Assembly (NCBI GenBank): GCA_964016885.1
Contig: OZ024743.1
Coordinates: 12,276,001-12,340,000, forward strand
Length of the DNA: 64,000 nucleotides
Origin: Eledone cirrhosa
Taxonomy: Eukaryota
Direction: 5' to 3'
Within the stretch, counting starts at the first letter, position 1. Each line of letters begins with the position of its first letter. A program made the position numbers and the translations under genes. A model generated the notes under the pieces. That model did not search any database and was not told the DNA's origin. It saw nothing but the letters and a program-made list of their open reading frames with translations. Below are positions 40,545 through 53,029 of this stretch, in pieces.

Positions 40545-41357
40545 TTAGTCAGTCAGCCATAGAACAAGGATCATGTGGCAAAAACATTGGCAAAAAATTT
40601 GTGTCAATTTAAGATTTCCAACATTGTTCAAATGAATCATATCTGGTTTGAAGTCAGATTTGTCAAATTTTGACCAATTTTCAATGTTGTGAAGATTGGG
40701 TAAGTTCAATTTTTGAATCATTTCTTTCATGCAGTAATTAAACTTTTCCAAACGAGAATTTCTCTTGCCCAAGTCATTTTTATTTTCAATTACACTTTGT
40801 GGACGTGGAATGACACCACTGTAGAAAATGGGTGTACAGTAGTGCTTTTCCGCTATTTTCTGTAGCCTTGCAAAGAGACTCTTCCCCTGTTTTTCCGATT
40901 TTGTGCCTCGAATGGGCACTTTGTCCTTAATTTACAAATAAATGATTAATAAAAAATACTTGGGCAAAAATTATTGTATTACTTTGTAGTGCCAACGGTG
41001 CGACGAGGATTCAGATCATTAGAGCCGAAATGAACCACCAATACTTTCACAAAAGGACAACAGATAACAATGTTGGCGATTAACATTACCTGGCCCTGAC
41101 GGGCCCCAGGTATACAAAATATCTAAGTATTTTTGTTGGTATGATAAGTAAATACATTTGAATTAATATTTTTATACCTTCTGGTCATTCGATTTCACCA
41201 CATTTCTAATTATGGATTTGTAAAAACTTGCTTGAATGTGAATTTGATCAGACCAATTGCCCGATTTTAGTGAAAAGTTTTGATTCGAAATGGAAATACT
41301 CCATTTCTGTGCCATGGAAAAAATGAATAAGCCGATCAAAAAGCCGCGAAACATCAT
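40545..41357 (-). pseudogene. SGNH/GDSL hydrolase-like gene, 3 exons (41178-41357, 40983-41122, 40545-40925), probably frameshifted
   Basis: Blocks KSIIRNV / CIPGA / HFGSND / SGVIPR / DMIHLN appear in canonical order, separated by GT-AG introns of 55 and 57 nt. Confidence 0.72.
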
Positions 41358-41911
41358 TTTTAATTAAGCGAAATTAGTGGATGCAAATCTCAGAAAATAT
41401 TGTACACTATTCGCACCTATCGGTACAAAAATATAGCGCACTATTCGCACCTATCGGTACAAAAAATTGCACGACTGTTAATAATACTAGAAGTGCAAAC
41501 TATCTGTTGAATACCTGGTATATGAAGAGCAACCGATACGATTGGTTGGCGATCGGTCTTGAAGAAGAATGAAGAATGAAGTGAAATTTTGGTCTGGTTG
41601 TTGTCATCGGTGTTTCGCAGAGATGCCGGCACGAACAAAGGTGTCAGCGACACAAATTTGTTCGCTTGAACAAAGGTGTCGGTCCAACAAAGGTGTCAGT
41701 CAGACAGACAGTCAGACAGTGTCACAGTCGGTGCGACAAAGCGATCGATGCGATTAAAAAAAATGTAACTCACATGTTTACCTATATTTTCGCAAACTAT
41801 TGATAGATTGGTACAAAAAATAGCTTTGATAATAAACATAAATTTTTAACGAATTATTTAAAAAGCATTTTAGCAGTGAAAAGTGAATTAATGTTTCACA
41901 CTGACGCAAGT

Positions 41912-42040
41912 AGGGCCGTTCAGAAATGACGTAGTCAATTAGGAGGAGGGGATTCGGCGATTTGACTACATTTGACTAACGTAATCACAATCACAAGAGT
42001 TCCACCAAAAAAAATTCGTCATTTCTGGATTACCTCCCCT
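41912..42040. mobile_element. PIF/Harbinger-like MITE
   Basis: Imperfect TIRs agggccgttcagaaatgacg ... cgtcatttctggattacctcccct. Confidence 0.45.
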
Positions 42041-42331
42041 AGCGTCACGCTTACTACTCACTCACTTGAACACAAGATTTATCAGTAAACTTTGATTATA
42101 AACTTTTTCCCGCTGGACCAAATTTCTAGATTTTTAAGCCAAAAGATGAGTAATGATCTACTGTTCATGCTCATATAAGTTTTATCTCAGTTAAATAAAG
42201 TAGAGCCACGCTGTACTCTCGTAAACAGACGATTGCCAACGAAAACACGACCACAACAATATTACTAAACGGACTACCGTCCGTTTAGGATTAATGAGAA
42301 GGTAAAACAAAATGTTTCTTCATAAACTTAC

Positions 42332-42490
42332 CTGGTAGTTGTGAAAACGTTATTAAGATTCATTGAACGAAGTGATAAGTTACCATTTAGTGTAGAAGAG
42401 ACCAGGATATTTGTTGATTGCTGTTGATGTTTTGAGGGCCAACATTCAAGGCAGATAACAGGCATATCTAATGAATATTCTTTCACTTTC
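42332..42490 (-). CDS. TEP1: TEP1-like exon (KVKEYSLDMPVICLECWP...SSTLNGNLSLRSMNLNNVFTTT)
   Basis: atttag acceptor and gtaagt donor; 159 nt, phase 2/2, open frame. Confidence 0.8.
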
Positions 42491-43074
42491 CTAAATCAAA
42501 AGACAAAGATTATATATTCCTATGTTTAACTGTTTTGGAGTTTGGATTTTCTACCCTTGACTATATATTTGAACATATGTATATACACAAACACACATAC
42601 ATTGACACAGCATGGCTGAATGGTTAAGAGGTTCTCTTCTCAATCATTAGGCTCTGGGTTTCATCCAACTGTGTGACATCTTGACTAAGTGCCATTTACC
42701 ATAGCCTAGTGTTGATCCATGCCTTGTAAGAGAAATTTGATTGACAGAAACTGTTTGAAAGCCTGTCAGGTGAACTCAACCTGTAACTCAAAGGGATAGC
42801 TTTATCACTCACTCTATCATACTGAATATTCCTGAGGATTACTTCAAGTAACATGTGTCTGTGAAATGCTCAGTCACTTACATGTTAATTTCATGAGCAG
42901 GCTGTGCTGTTAGCTGAATAACTGGAATGCTCATCATGAAAACCAACAGAAAGCCATTGACACACACACACATTTATATACATATGTTCATCATCATTTC
43001 CATTTAGTGTCAATTCTTCCAGCCTTGTATTGGTTAGACGGGCCGTCCATGCCAGGAGGCAAGTAGTTATATAT

Positions 43075-43265
43075 ATATGTAACAAAGGAAATGTGGTAAG
43101 GAACCAGATGGACCATAACGCACCAGAGTACTCAATACTTGGGGTAGTAGAGTGGGTAATAGGAAAAGGTATGACCCCCGACGGCAGAGCTCAAGCCGTT
43201 TCGACGGCTATTTCTGGACATTGAAATGGCTTGAGCTCTGCCGTCGGGGTCATACCTTTTCCTAT
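43075..43265 (-). mobile_element. Penelope-like tail remnant with an inverted duplicate
   Basis: GAAAcggc..gccgTC hammerhead 3' half present in both orientations; flanked by (AT)n. Confidence 0.6.
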
Positions 43266-44789
43266 ATATATATGTATATATATATATATATATCGGGCAC
43301 TCTTGCTCTGATCGATTGTCAAGACCTCATTTGCTTGCAAATCAGACCAAGGAAACAATGTCAATACTATCTACATTGCTGATACTAATTACCGGTTGCA
43401 ACTCATGGCAGAAAGAGCAACATGAAATAAAGTGTCTTGTTCAATATATATGTATTTGTTTGTGAGATATTCTTACAGCAAAAATTTAAATGCTATAACA
43501 ATGGGACTTTAAAATATTAAAAACTTAATGAAACTCTGTTATATTAAATATCACACTGTTACAGTATTAAAGGTTCTGTTCAATTATGACCCAAGTATTT
43601 GTTCTCAATCCCTTCATCCTCTTTGACAAGCAACATGTAAGAGTAACAGGCAGTGCCATGTTTGACATGCTCTCATTTCCACTCCTTCTATAACTACTAC
43701 TCTCTGTCCAGCTAAATACACAATGATGATACACAGTGTTGATGCCACAATAAAATGCATCCAGTAAATGCTGTAAAGTGATTGGTATGTATTTGGAAGG
43801 GCATCCACCTGTAGAAACCATACCAAAACGAACCATATCAGCAAGACATTTTACCTGTCTAATTTCAGAACATGACACCCCAACCAACCCATGCTAGCAT
43901 GAAACACATAAAATGGTCATAATGATATTGATGATGTGAAGGATCGGATGATAATGATCTATCTATATATATATATATATATACAGCAAACTTAGAATAA
44001 AGATTGGGTTGGTGTCAAGTAAGGTATCCAACCATAGCAAAAATTCTGCCATAAAAGGCTTCCATCCTTCCCATGCAAACATGGAGAAAAAAAAACAGAG
44101 ATAATGATGATAATATATATATAGAGAGAGACAGTTGTGCGTGTATGTGTCTTTTGATCTAGCTTGACTACAATCAATTTTCTTACAAGATTTTAAATTC
44201 CAAGGAAAAGCAGTCAATAAAATGCCAATTTCAGCTCTCAGAGTATGTTATGGCTCCCAAAGGGATGGGAGGCTTACTTGGAATTCAGACAGAAAGCAAT
44301 TTAACTAAATACTGCAAGGTAATTTGTCCAGTGCTTTGCCAAGTTTTTTTATGATAATGATGATGATAAATAATAATGATGATGATAATTGATAATAACT
44401 GATTCTACTTTTGATGCAAGACCAACAATTTGAAGGGATAAGGAAACTCAAGGAAACACGAAGTTGACCTTGGCAGGATTGGAACTCAAATCATCGAGCT
44501 GGAACAAATAACCCAAAGCATTTTGTCCAATGCTTATCAGTTATCACCATCCTCAATCCTACTCCACTTCCAGCTCTATCAATCCACCTTCCACTAGTAC
44601 AACTGCCCCTCCAATATCATCTGTGTCACCTATTCCCCAATACTCTCATAACTATGGCCATCCTCATCACATCAACATCATCATTAATCCATAGTATGTT
44701 ACAACATCTAATATCAATTCTCTTAAACGTTGATATTTTCTTTCTTTCTCAAAGGGAAGAAAAAGGAAAACAAACAAAAAATTCTTTAC

Positions 44790-44917
44790 TTCAAAATGTA
44801 CGTCATTTTCTGTGGAATTATTTGCCAAACCACGATGGTTTTGTTGTCCATACCAGTAGCAAACATGGTTGCTTTTTCATCATAGAAACACATACAATTG
44901 ATAGAAGAATCACTCAG
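44790..44917 (-). CDS. TEP1: TEP1-like exon (LSDSSINCMCFYDEKATMFATGMDNKTIVVWQIIPQKMTYIL)
   Basis: tttcag acceptor; donor gtaaag (an alternative same-phase gtacat donor lies 12 nt upstream); 128 nt, phase 0/2; WD40-like. Confidence 0.8.
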
Positions 44918-45611
44918 CTGAAATCAATAAAAAGTAACAAAGAAAAACTTGAATGTTATGTTATTGACAGCAACCAAATCTTTAATGTCAAAATAGAATT
45001 TGGGACATAGAAGCCATAAAATACGATATTTGCATTCCTTTTTTTCCCCCTACACAGAACATTTTTCTTGAAAACGTCTTTCATCAATTTCTTTCTTGTA
45101 AATTGCTTGGCAAGCTAAAATGAAGACATGGTTAACTTGCCTTTCATATCAGCATGATCAAAAGTCAGAGAAGGCATCCAACTTTAAAAACTTGTTTTTA
45201 ATTATACAACAGTGGTCAGGGTACTGAACAAACTAACCACGAGATTAGTAGTTCATAACCTCACAAGCACTGTGTTGTTTCTATGACCAAAACACATAAA
45301 CACTAATAGTTCTCAGACCACTTACTGACCTGTGTATAGAAACAATTCACTGCTCTGAGTAATAGTAACCCTGTAGATATGGCAAGTGTTTCATAAGCCT
45401 GCAATGCTCAATTCAATTCACTTTGTAGCAGGAGTGTTTGCTTTGACAGTTTTGATTTAGCCAATGTATACAGTATGAAGAAGGGGATTCTAGTGGTTCT
45501 TCTTTTATCCAGTGGGCTAAGGAATTCCCAACACATTTTAGCAACAATTTTTGCAAATACAACACATCTGAATATGTAGTTCTGAGATATGTAATTCTGC
45601 ATACCTTGCAC

Positions 45612-45647
<36 letters not shown>

Positions 45648-46409
45648 TACTTGTCATAACCCCACCCAACATCAAAATAAAGGCAAACAAATACAACAAA
45701 CGTAAACCAACAATGAGCCACTACACAAAATACAATTACTCAGCTACAACTACCACAGTTAACACAATCAATTAATTATCTTTTACTATTAACAATACAT
45801 CATATCCTTATTAGGTAGATAGTGGTTACGTAATGAGGTTTGAGTCTGGGGAAACTGACCAGATGGACAGGTGATAACAAAACAGTGGAGCTTGGAATGA
45901 GCTGGCCCTAGACTACTCAGAAGACTGCAAATATGAGGCACTAACTACATTAATCAGAATTAAACATACGTCTACATTTGGGAGTTTCTTTTCAGTGCAC
46001 TTGCTAGAACAAGGTGTATTTTTTTTTTTTTTTTTCATACAAGACCATAGAGCCCGTCTCTCCTCTCCATGCCACTGATATAATCAAAGGAAAAGACAAT
46101 GACCTATAAAACTTGGCACCAACAATGTCAAAGGTGAACTTAGAATGTAAAGAGCTGAAACAAATACCACAAGGCAATCCCTCACCCTTGACTGATACAT
46201 TTTAAGAGTTGGAAGGAATAACATACATTAACTGACATTGTAACAATTCTGTCTATCCACTTGCTTATCAATTGTATAAGCCAATTACATTACTGGTATA
46301 CAGATGAAGAGCACTAGTTTAATGTGAGCTTATTGTCACTCCACACTTCTCACATAGGCGTCTCATTAAAAAAAAAACAATGAAAGCAGCTGTTGAACTG
46401 TTTCCTTAC

Positions 46410-46476
46410 TTTTTCGGTTATGATGCACTTTGGGTGTGTCACATTGGCAGCATTCCATAACTTCACAGTTCCATCT
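46410..46476 (-). CDS. TEP1: TEP1-like exon (RDGTVKLWNAANVTHPKCIITEK)
   Basis: tttcag acceptor and gtaagg donor; 67 nt, phase 2/0; completes the SRDGTVKLWN motif across the junction. Confidence 0.88.
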
Positions 46477-47391
46477 CTGAAATGGCATAAAGAGGACATA
46501 TTGATGGAAGATAGTAATTGAGAAGTCAAAAACAAAAAACACTGGCTTAGGGAATTACAAAAAATATTGTTGTCAAGCCCCAATAATTATAATCATATAT
46601 TTCTGGGTGAAGTCTAGGATGTTTGTAAGTGTGGCAGCAGTACTACCCCAGATGTGGGAGCAATGTTCTATTGAGATTCTTAACTGAGCTTTATAAAGGG
46701 TTATAAGTTGTTGAGGGCTGAAGTATTTTCTGACTTTGAAGAGAAGGGCCAATCTTTTAGCTGCAGTTCTAGCTATGTTTAGGATGTATGTTCATAATGT
46801 TCATCAGTTTAAATGCTAAAGGGTTATGGGTAGAGAGGTACAGTGATATTTTAGTTCCATACACATACAATCAGCAAAATAGTTTCAGTCATTTGACTCG
46901 TCTATGGTCACACTAAGGCAACGGTTTAATGAGTTCTGGCAGTCATGTCAATCCCAATCCAAATTTCGATCTATTATTTATTTTATTGATCTCTATTTGT
47001 AAAAATATTACAATACAGAACAAAATCAAAAACCAGCTACGGACACAGAAATACATATGCTGAATATAAATATTGTTTTTCAAATAATATATTTAAGAAG
47101 AAGAAGACATCTTGGTAAATGCTATCTTTAAGTGATGCCTGTATTATAAATTTGTCATCTACCTTTTAAAGTCAATAATAATTTTGTTGAAGAATTTACT
47201 GTCATATCAAGTATGAGTAACTAGATAGATTATCCCTCACTGGTTCAAATAAATATTAATACATTTTGATAATTGGCTGTGCAAAAATTATACATTACAC
47301 TATCAACACGTTAACCCTTTTAGTTAAAACTCTCTGCCAAAAGAAAGTGTACTTCCCTATCAATATGAGTATCATTGTTGTTAAGACTTAC

Positions 47392-47606
47392 CTGCTAGAT
47401 GTGATCATCATCTCACTAACAGGGGAATAAATGATTCCAGTTACCGTTCCATTATGGTCAACATCTGTGGTTTTCCCAGATTCAGAAGGCACTGACCAAA
47501 TGCGAAGAGTACCATCTTTTGAACAAGAACATATAACACCTTTATTGGTACAAGACACACCCAGGACACAGTCAGAGTGACCTCTAAGACAGCAGTTTTC
47601 TTGGAG
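47392..47606 (-). CDS. TEP1: TEP1-like exon (LQENCCLRGHSDCVLGV...CSKDGTLRIWSVP...EMMITSS)
   Basis: ttccag acceptor and gtaagt donor; 215 nt, phase 0/2; contains a full GH...W WD40 repeat. Confidence 0.9.
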
Positions 47607-48148
47607 CTGGAAGAGAAAACAAAATATTATTATTATATGTACAAAGCTTTTTCAGATATATACGAGCAAAATGTGAAACTGAAATAAAGAAAATATTTGG
47701 AAATGTGTTTGTAATGACAAATATTTACAACTGTCAAAAAGGACAGGCTGGTATGCTACTGTTTGAAGAGTATATAATTTGTGTTGTGTCAATGGTAGTG
47801 GCTGTGCCCTTGACAAAAATAGTTATGTCTAAATAGCTTAAATCTCTGTGAGCAATATAGATACTGAATAATTGATGAGCATTTTTATTAGCTTGAAGTT
47901 AAGAACACAAATCTTTCTATAGGCTTTTCTTGCCAATTCAAAGGGAAAATACTTTTCTTTGAATCTTTACACAAAGACAAAGTCCTCAGCACTAACCCAA
48001 GAATCAAAGGAGTTACAAGGCATTAGCTGCTGTTATAACTTTGGTGGTAGTTAATTTCATAGCTCACCTGAATATGTAATGGGGATGGGCACCACTAAAC
48101 AACTTATTTTCATATAGTCTGATACAATATACTAGAGTAGTTACACCT

Positions 48149-48485
48149 TGTGAAGGCACATGGATTAGTGGTTAGAGCATTGGTCTTGCAATTGAGAGGT
48201 TGCAAGTTTGATTCTTGGACCGGGTGATGCGTTGTGTCCTTGAGCAAGACACTTTATTTCACGTTGCTCCAGTATACTCAGCTGTAGAAATGAGTTGCAA
48301 TATCACTGGTGCCAAGCTGTATTGGTCATTGCCTTTCCCTTGGATAACATCAGTGATATGGAGAGGGGAGACTGGTATGCATGGGCGACTAACGGTCTTC
48401 CACAAAACAAACCTTGCCCAGGCTTGTGCCTCGGAGGGAAACTTTCTAGGTGCAAAACCATGGTCATTTATGACCGAGTGGGGGC
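48149..48485 (+). mobile_element. SINE with family A head and a third type of body
   Basis: gtgaaggcacatggattagtggttagagc...cagctgtagaaatgag followed by unrelated 3' sequence. Confidence 0.8.
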
Positions 48486-50360
48486 CTCAATAAAAGTTAC
48501 ACCTTATCTAATCGAGATCAACTTTCTTCTAGCATTTGCCAGTTTTAATCCTTAAATATTACAGATGTTCAATATATGGGACTACTAAATCAATAAATAG
48601 TAGACTAAATGACTGAGCATTTCACAGACACCCTTAACATAATCCTTAGGCAGAATTAGCAAAACATTGTGTGTGACAAGACATGACCATTTTATGGTGA
48701 GTACAGTTGATTTGAGAAGTAATTTGTACTGCCATTTTTTTCACTTGTGCCTGCAAGTTTTTTTATGATGCACAAAAATAACATTATTCCACAATTCTGC
48801 AGATATGTGTTCTAAGTTCAAATCCATTTGTGGTCAACTTTACCTTTCATCTTTTCTGGGTTTCTAAATAAAGTACCAGTTTATGGTAAGTGGAGTGGCA
48901 GAATCATTAGAGTGTCAAACCGGATGCCTAATGTATTTGATTGGACGCTTTGCATTCTAAGTTCAAATACCACTATGGTCTACTTGTGTGGTAGACTTAA
49001 TCCATGTTTATCCCAACCACTTGTTCCTTAGGTATATCTAGTGGAATCTACTCTATTGAAAACATTTGAGTTAGGTCTCTGGTATATGAATAACTCCCCC
49101 CACTTTCTCCTATCAGTCTCTGAGACTCAAAAAAGGATCATAGGAAACTGTGCTTCCTCCTGATTAAGTGATAAAAAATATTTCGAGATTATACCACAAC
49201 GGGTGATCTTGAATCATAACTAAGCACTATATTAGATTGTTTAAAGTTTAAAATTCAAATATTATATAAAACAAAGTCCAAATGACTACAGTTCCATGGC
49301 ATGAACAAGCAAATGAAAGAAATCTCACCTCCCGAATAAGACATTTGTATGTCTTAATTAACATTTCTAGATAATCTGGATTATCTGCTTTGTTAAAAAT
49401 AGATGAATAGAGGTATGTAGAATTAAGTTTACTGCACAAATGTTCAGCAAAACACTAGCAGTGAATTTTAAATTTAAGGCATCAGAGTTAACATCTGAAA
49501 TATAACCACTAAACTACTTTGCTTCAACACCACACTCCATGCCTGCTACTGACAAGATCTCAAGTAATTCACCTATTGCCTCCTGCTAACTATGTTCATT
49601 GACCTCTCTTTCCAGACAGGTAATATTCTCACACTATCTCATACATATTCTCAAAACCCAGCTGAACTGTGGTTAGGTAGAATTAAACATACTGCCTAAT
49701 TAAATAGTGGAGTGCAAGCAGCAAATTTCAAACTGAAGGATTGCTTGATGGATTCTCTGTGGTTTCAACTCAACTATATTCCTTAAATTAACATGTAATT
49801 GACTGAATAGTCCAGACATATGTGCCCTTTATATAATTCTCAAGCTGAATCAGCATGAGACAATATATCACAAAGCATTACAAATACAATCTATATGATA
49901 GGCTTTCAAAAATGTTCCATCTAGTCAATTTCACTCACATGGCTTGGGTTAACTCAAAGCTCTGGTTAAGGAGTTTTGTCCAAGATGCTAAGCAAGTGGA
50001 TTGATCCTGGAAATTGGTTATTGTGAAGTGAATTTTATTTTAGTTCAGTCATGCCTACAAGTACATTATATCCATTCAACTACTCAAACTTTTACACTAC
50101 ACTACATTCCAACCCAATTATGAGAATGTGAAAAGCACTCCTAAACAATACTACCACCACCTGCTTTCTCTATGTTGACTGATTGGCTCCAAGCTATGTG
50201 TTGACTGAAATACGAGTAAATTATTAATTTTCAAAGCAAACAAATAAAAATTTCTTAACAACCATTATTAATTAAAGACTATGATATCCACTAAGAATAC
50301 ATTACAATAAACATACAAAGAAAACAAACTCTAGCACACAATGAAATGATGTCCACTTAC

Positions 50361-50479
50361 AGTTAATGGTTCCCATATGTTCACAAGGCCATCGTCACTA
50401 CAAGTTGCCAAGGTAACAGATCTATCATTTTTCAAAACAATTTTCTTTTTATCTAGAACATCCACCCATGATTTCCGTG
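50361..50479 (-). CDS. TEP1: TEP1-like exon (ARKSWVDVLDKKKIVLKNDRSVTLATCSDDGLVNIWEPLT)
   Basis: aatcag acceptor and gtaagt donor; 119 nt, phase 1/0, compatible with both neighbours. Confidence 0.87.
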
Positions 50480-51309
50480 CTGATTAAAACAGAATTGGTT
50501 CAAGAAGAAAAGAAATAAAAGAAATATGGGAAAATACATACATGTGCATGCAGATGCACATACACACACTCACAAACACACACATATATATATGTATATA
50601 TTTACACTAGAATCTCACATGTGGTATAGTTATTTGAAAAACTGATTAACAGAAATTATTCATGCAGATAATAGACAGAAACTCCCTCTAAAAATATTTA
50701 AAATTAAAACCAAGCATGAGAGATAATGCTAATAAGACCAGCTAACCAACATTTTTGGAAAATGAAAAAAAATGTAGATAAGAGTGAAATATGTCTTTTA
50801 ATCCAACTGTGGAAATGAGAAGACATGTTTCACTTTACCAGACCTCCTCGGCAAAGCATATTTTATACAGCTGATTTAGAAGTGATCAGATAACCTCTCA
50901 ACTGATTCAATCTTTCTGATATTTTTCATATGAAGAAAGTACTTGATGTATGATAGATACTAAACATACCTTAACCCTTTCACATTTAAACTGGCTGTAT
51001 CCGACCTAAATTCTCTCACCTCTTTCTATTCATAACTGGCCACTCATACTGATGTTAAGGTTTTATGCTCAAAATAAATAATATCAAAATCTCATGAAAA
51101 TACAATAGTAAATATAGAGTATTGTAAAGGTTAAAGGGTTAATGTCTAAAATGAGTTACTATTCATAAGACTATAATATCACAGACTATTAAGCTCATCT
51201 TTAAAGATGAAATATTACTTGATATTTACATTTACAATAGGTGATCATTAGGTTAATCTTTGATTGCCATTATGTGTTGTATTCTTGAATAACATCTCTA
51301 CTACTCCCT

Positions 51310-51480
51310 ATACAATACTGACTAAGTAACAATGGAGGACAGCATCTATACTATAGTGACTAAGTAACAATGGAGGACAGCATCTATACCACTACCTATA
51401 CCATACTGACTGAGTAACAATGGAGGACAGCCTCTATACTACTATCTATAGCATGTTGACTGAGTAACAAGAGGGGGGGG
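51310..51480. repeat. Minisatellite, ~38-50 bp unit, ~4 copies
   Basis: Repeated core tgactaagtaacaatggaggacagcatctatac. Confidence 0.85.
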
Positions 51481-52436
51481 GGCTGTATTTACACTACCTT
51501 TTCCATGCTGGAGTATATCAGATTAGTAATAAAGAAAAACACCTTCTATATTACTCCCTATATCAGGCTGATTGACTAACAAGGGAACACATTTGATCTG
51601 TCCATATCCTAAACCACCACCCATTCTCTCTCTCTCTGTTACCTCTATATTTTCATATCAGATTATTCCATATTCACATCATTCTCCTTCTCCCTTGTGA
51701 GACTCTCATCCATATTGAATATTTTTATCTTTTAACACTAACCATCATTCTCTCTATCCTACATGAGTCTGTTACCTGATATCTAACAACCTCTCTTAAC
51801 ACCACACTTCTCAATTACTATCCAACATTTTCTCTTTCTTACTTTCCCAAATCCCTACTGTTATCCAATAACATTACTCATTCAGTTTTCCCCTTAACCT
51901 CTCTTACCTACTCCCCACAACCAGCATGCAGCTACCAGTGGTCATTTCCCATCCTATTACTCTGTTTCCCCACTTCACACTCATAATCATACTCTTCCCT
52001 CTTTCAACTCTTGGCTATCACTCACTTTCTAATCACATTCTCAGTTATGTTTGCCTTGAAAAAATTGAGTCTTTGTAGAAGAGAGGAGGTTATTTAGCCT
52101 TAAAGTAGATGAAGCAACTTTTCTAGTATTGGTGCCATGATAAAATGCACCAGGTACACTCTATAAAGTGACCAGCAATTAAATAGAGGAGTCTTTAGTT
52201 ATGCCATGGACTTGACAACTTTTCTAGTGCCAGTGTCACAATAAAACACATACAGTACATTCTGTAACATGGTTAGATTTTAAAGAAAGCACCCAGTTGT
52301 AGAAACCATGCTGAAACTGAAATATAAGAGCAACCATCTCAGCAGGTGGTAATTCAAAACCAAATAAGAAATAACTCAAACCATAATGACCCATCCAAAA
52401 CATGCCAGCATGGAAAACAGTGTAAAAATGATGAAG

Positions 52437-52483
<47 letters not shown>

Positions 52484-52881
52484 GATCATCATCATCACCA
52501 ATATCATTTAACATCTGTTTTTCCATGCTAGCATGTGTTGAATAAGTCATCATGGGCCAAGTCAGTACTTAATTGGAGTTAATAACCTCTAACCAATAGG
52601 ATAGGTGTTCACATCTTATGTTCCAGTTTTAGCATATCTAAGGCTAGATTCCCTTACTATCACCAGCTAATTTACAGAGTGTTCTGGGAGCATTTTTATT
52701 GTAGCACTGACACAAGAAGATTGTCATGGCTTAGACACAACTGAAGAGATCTCTCAAGCCTTTATTTGGCATGGTTTCAGTAAGCCACTGTAATTTTTTA
52801 AAAAATTATCTATCAAGGAAGAGTTTAAAAGTTTGAAAAATTACAATCTGGTGATAATAAAAATTTTCAAAAACAACTAAC

Positions 52882-53029
52882 CTTCAGTTAAATCAAGATT
52901 TTCATTCTGTAGCCGCATGTCACAATCATTAACTCGATTACTGTGGCCAAAAAGTGTGGTTACTTCAAATCCTTTATCAGACCAAATTTTTACAGAACCG
53001 TCAGAACATGCTGAGGTAACACACTGCTT
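52882..53029 (-). CDS. TEP1: TEP1-like exon (KQCVTSACSDGSVKIWSDKGFEVTTLFGHSNRVNDCDMRLQNENLDLTE)
   Basis: ttacag acceptor and gttagt donor; 148 nt, phase 0/1. Resembles TEP1 VSVSRDGTLKVWDHQGVELTSIPAH. Confidence 0.88.
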
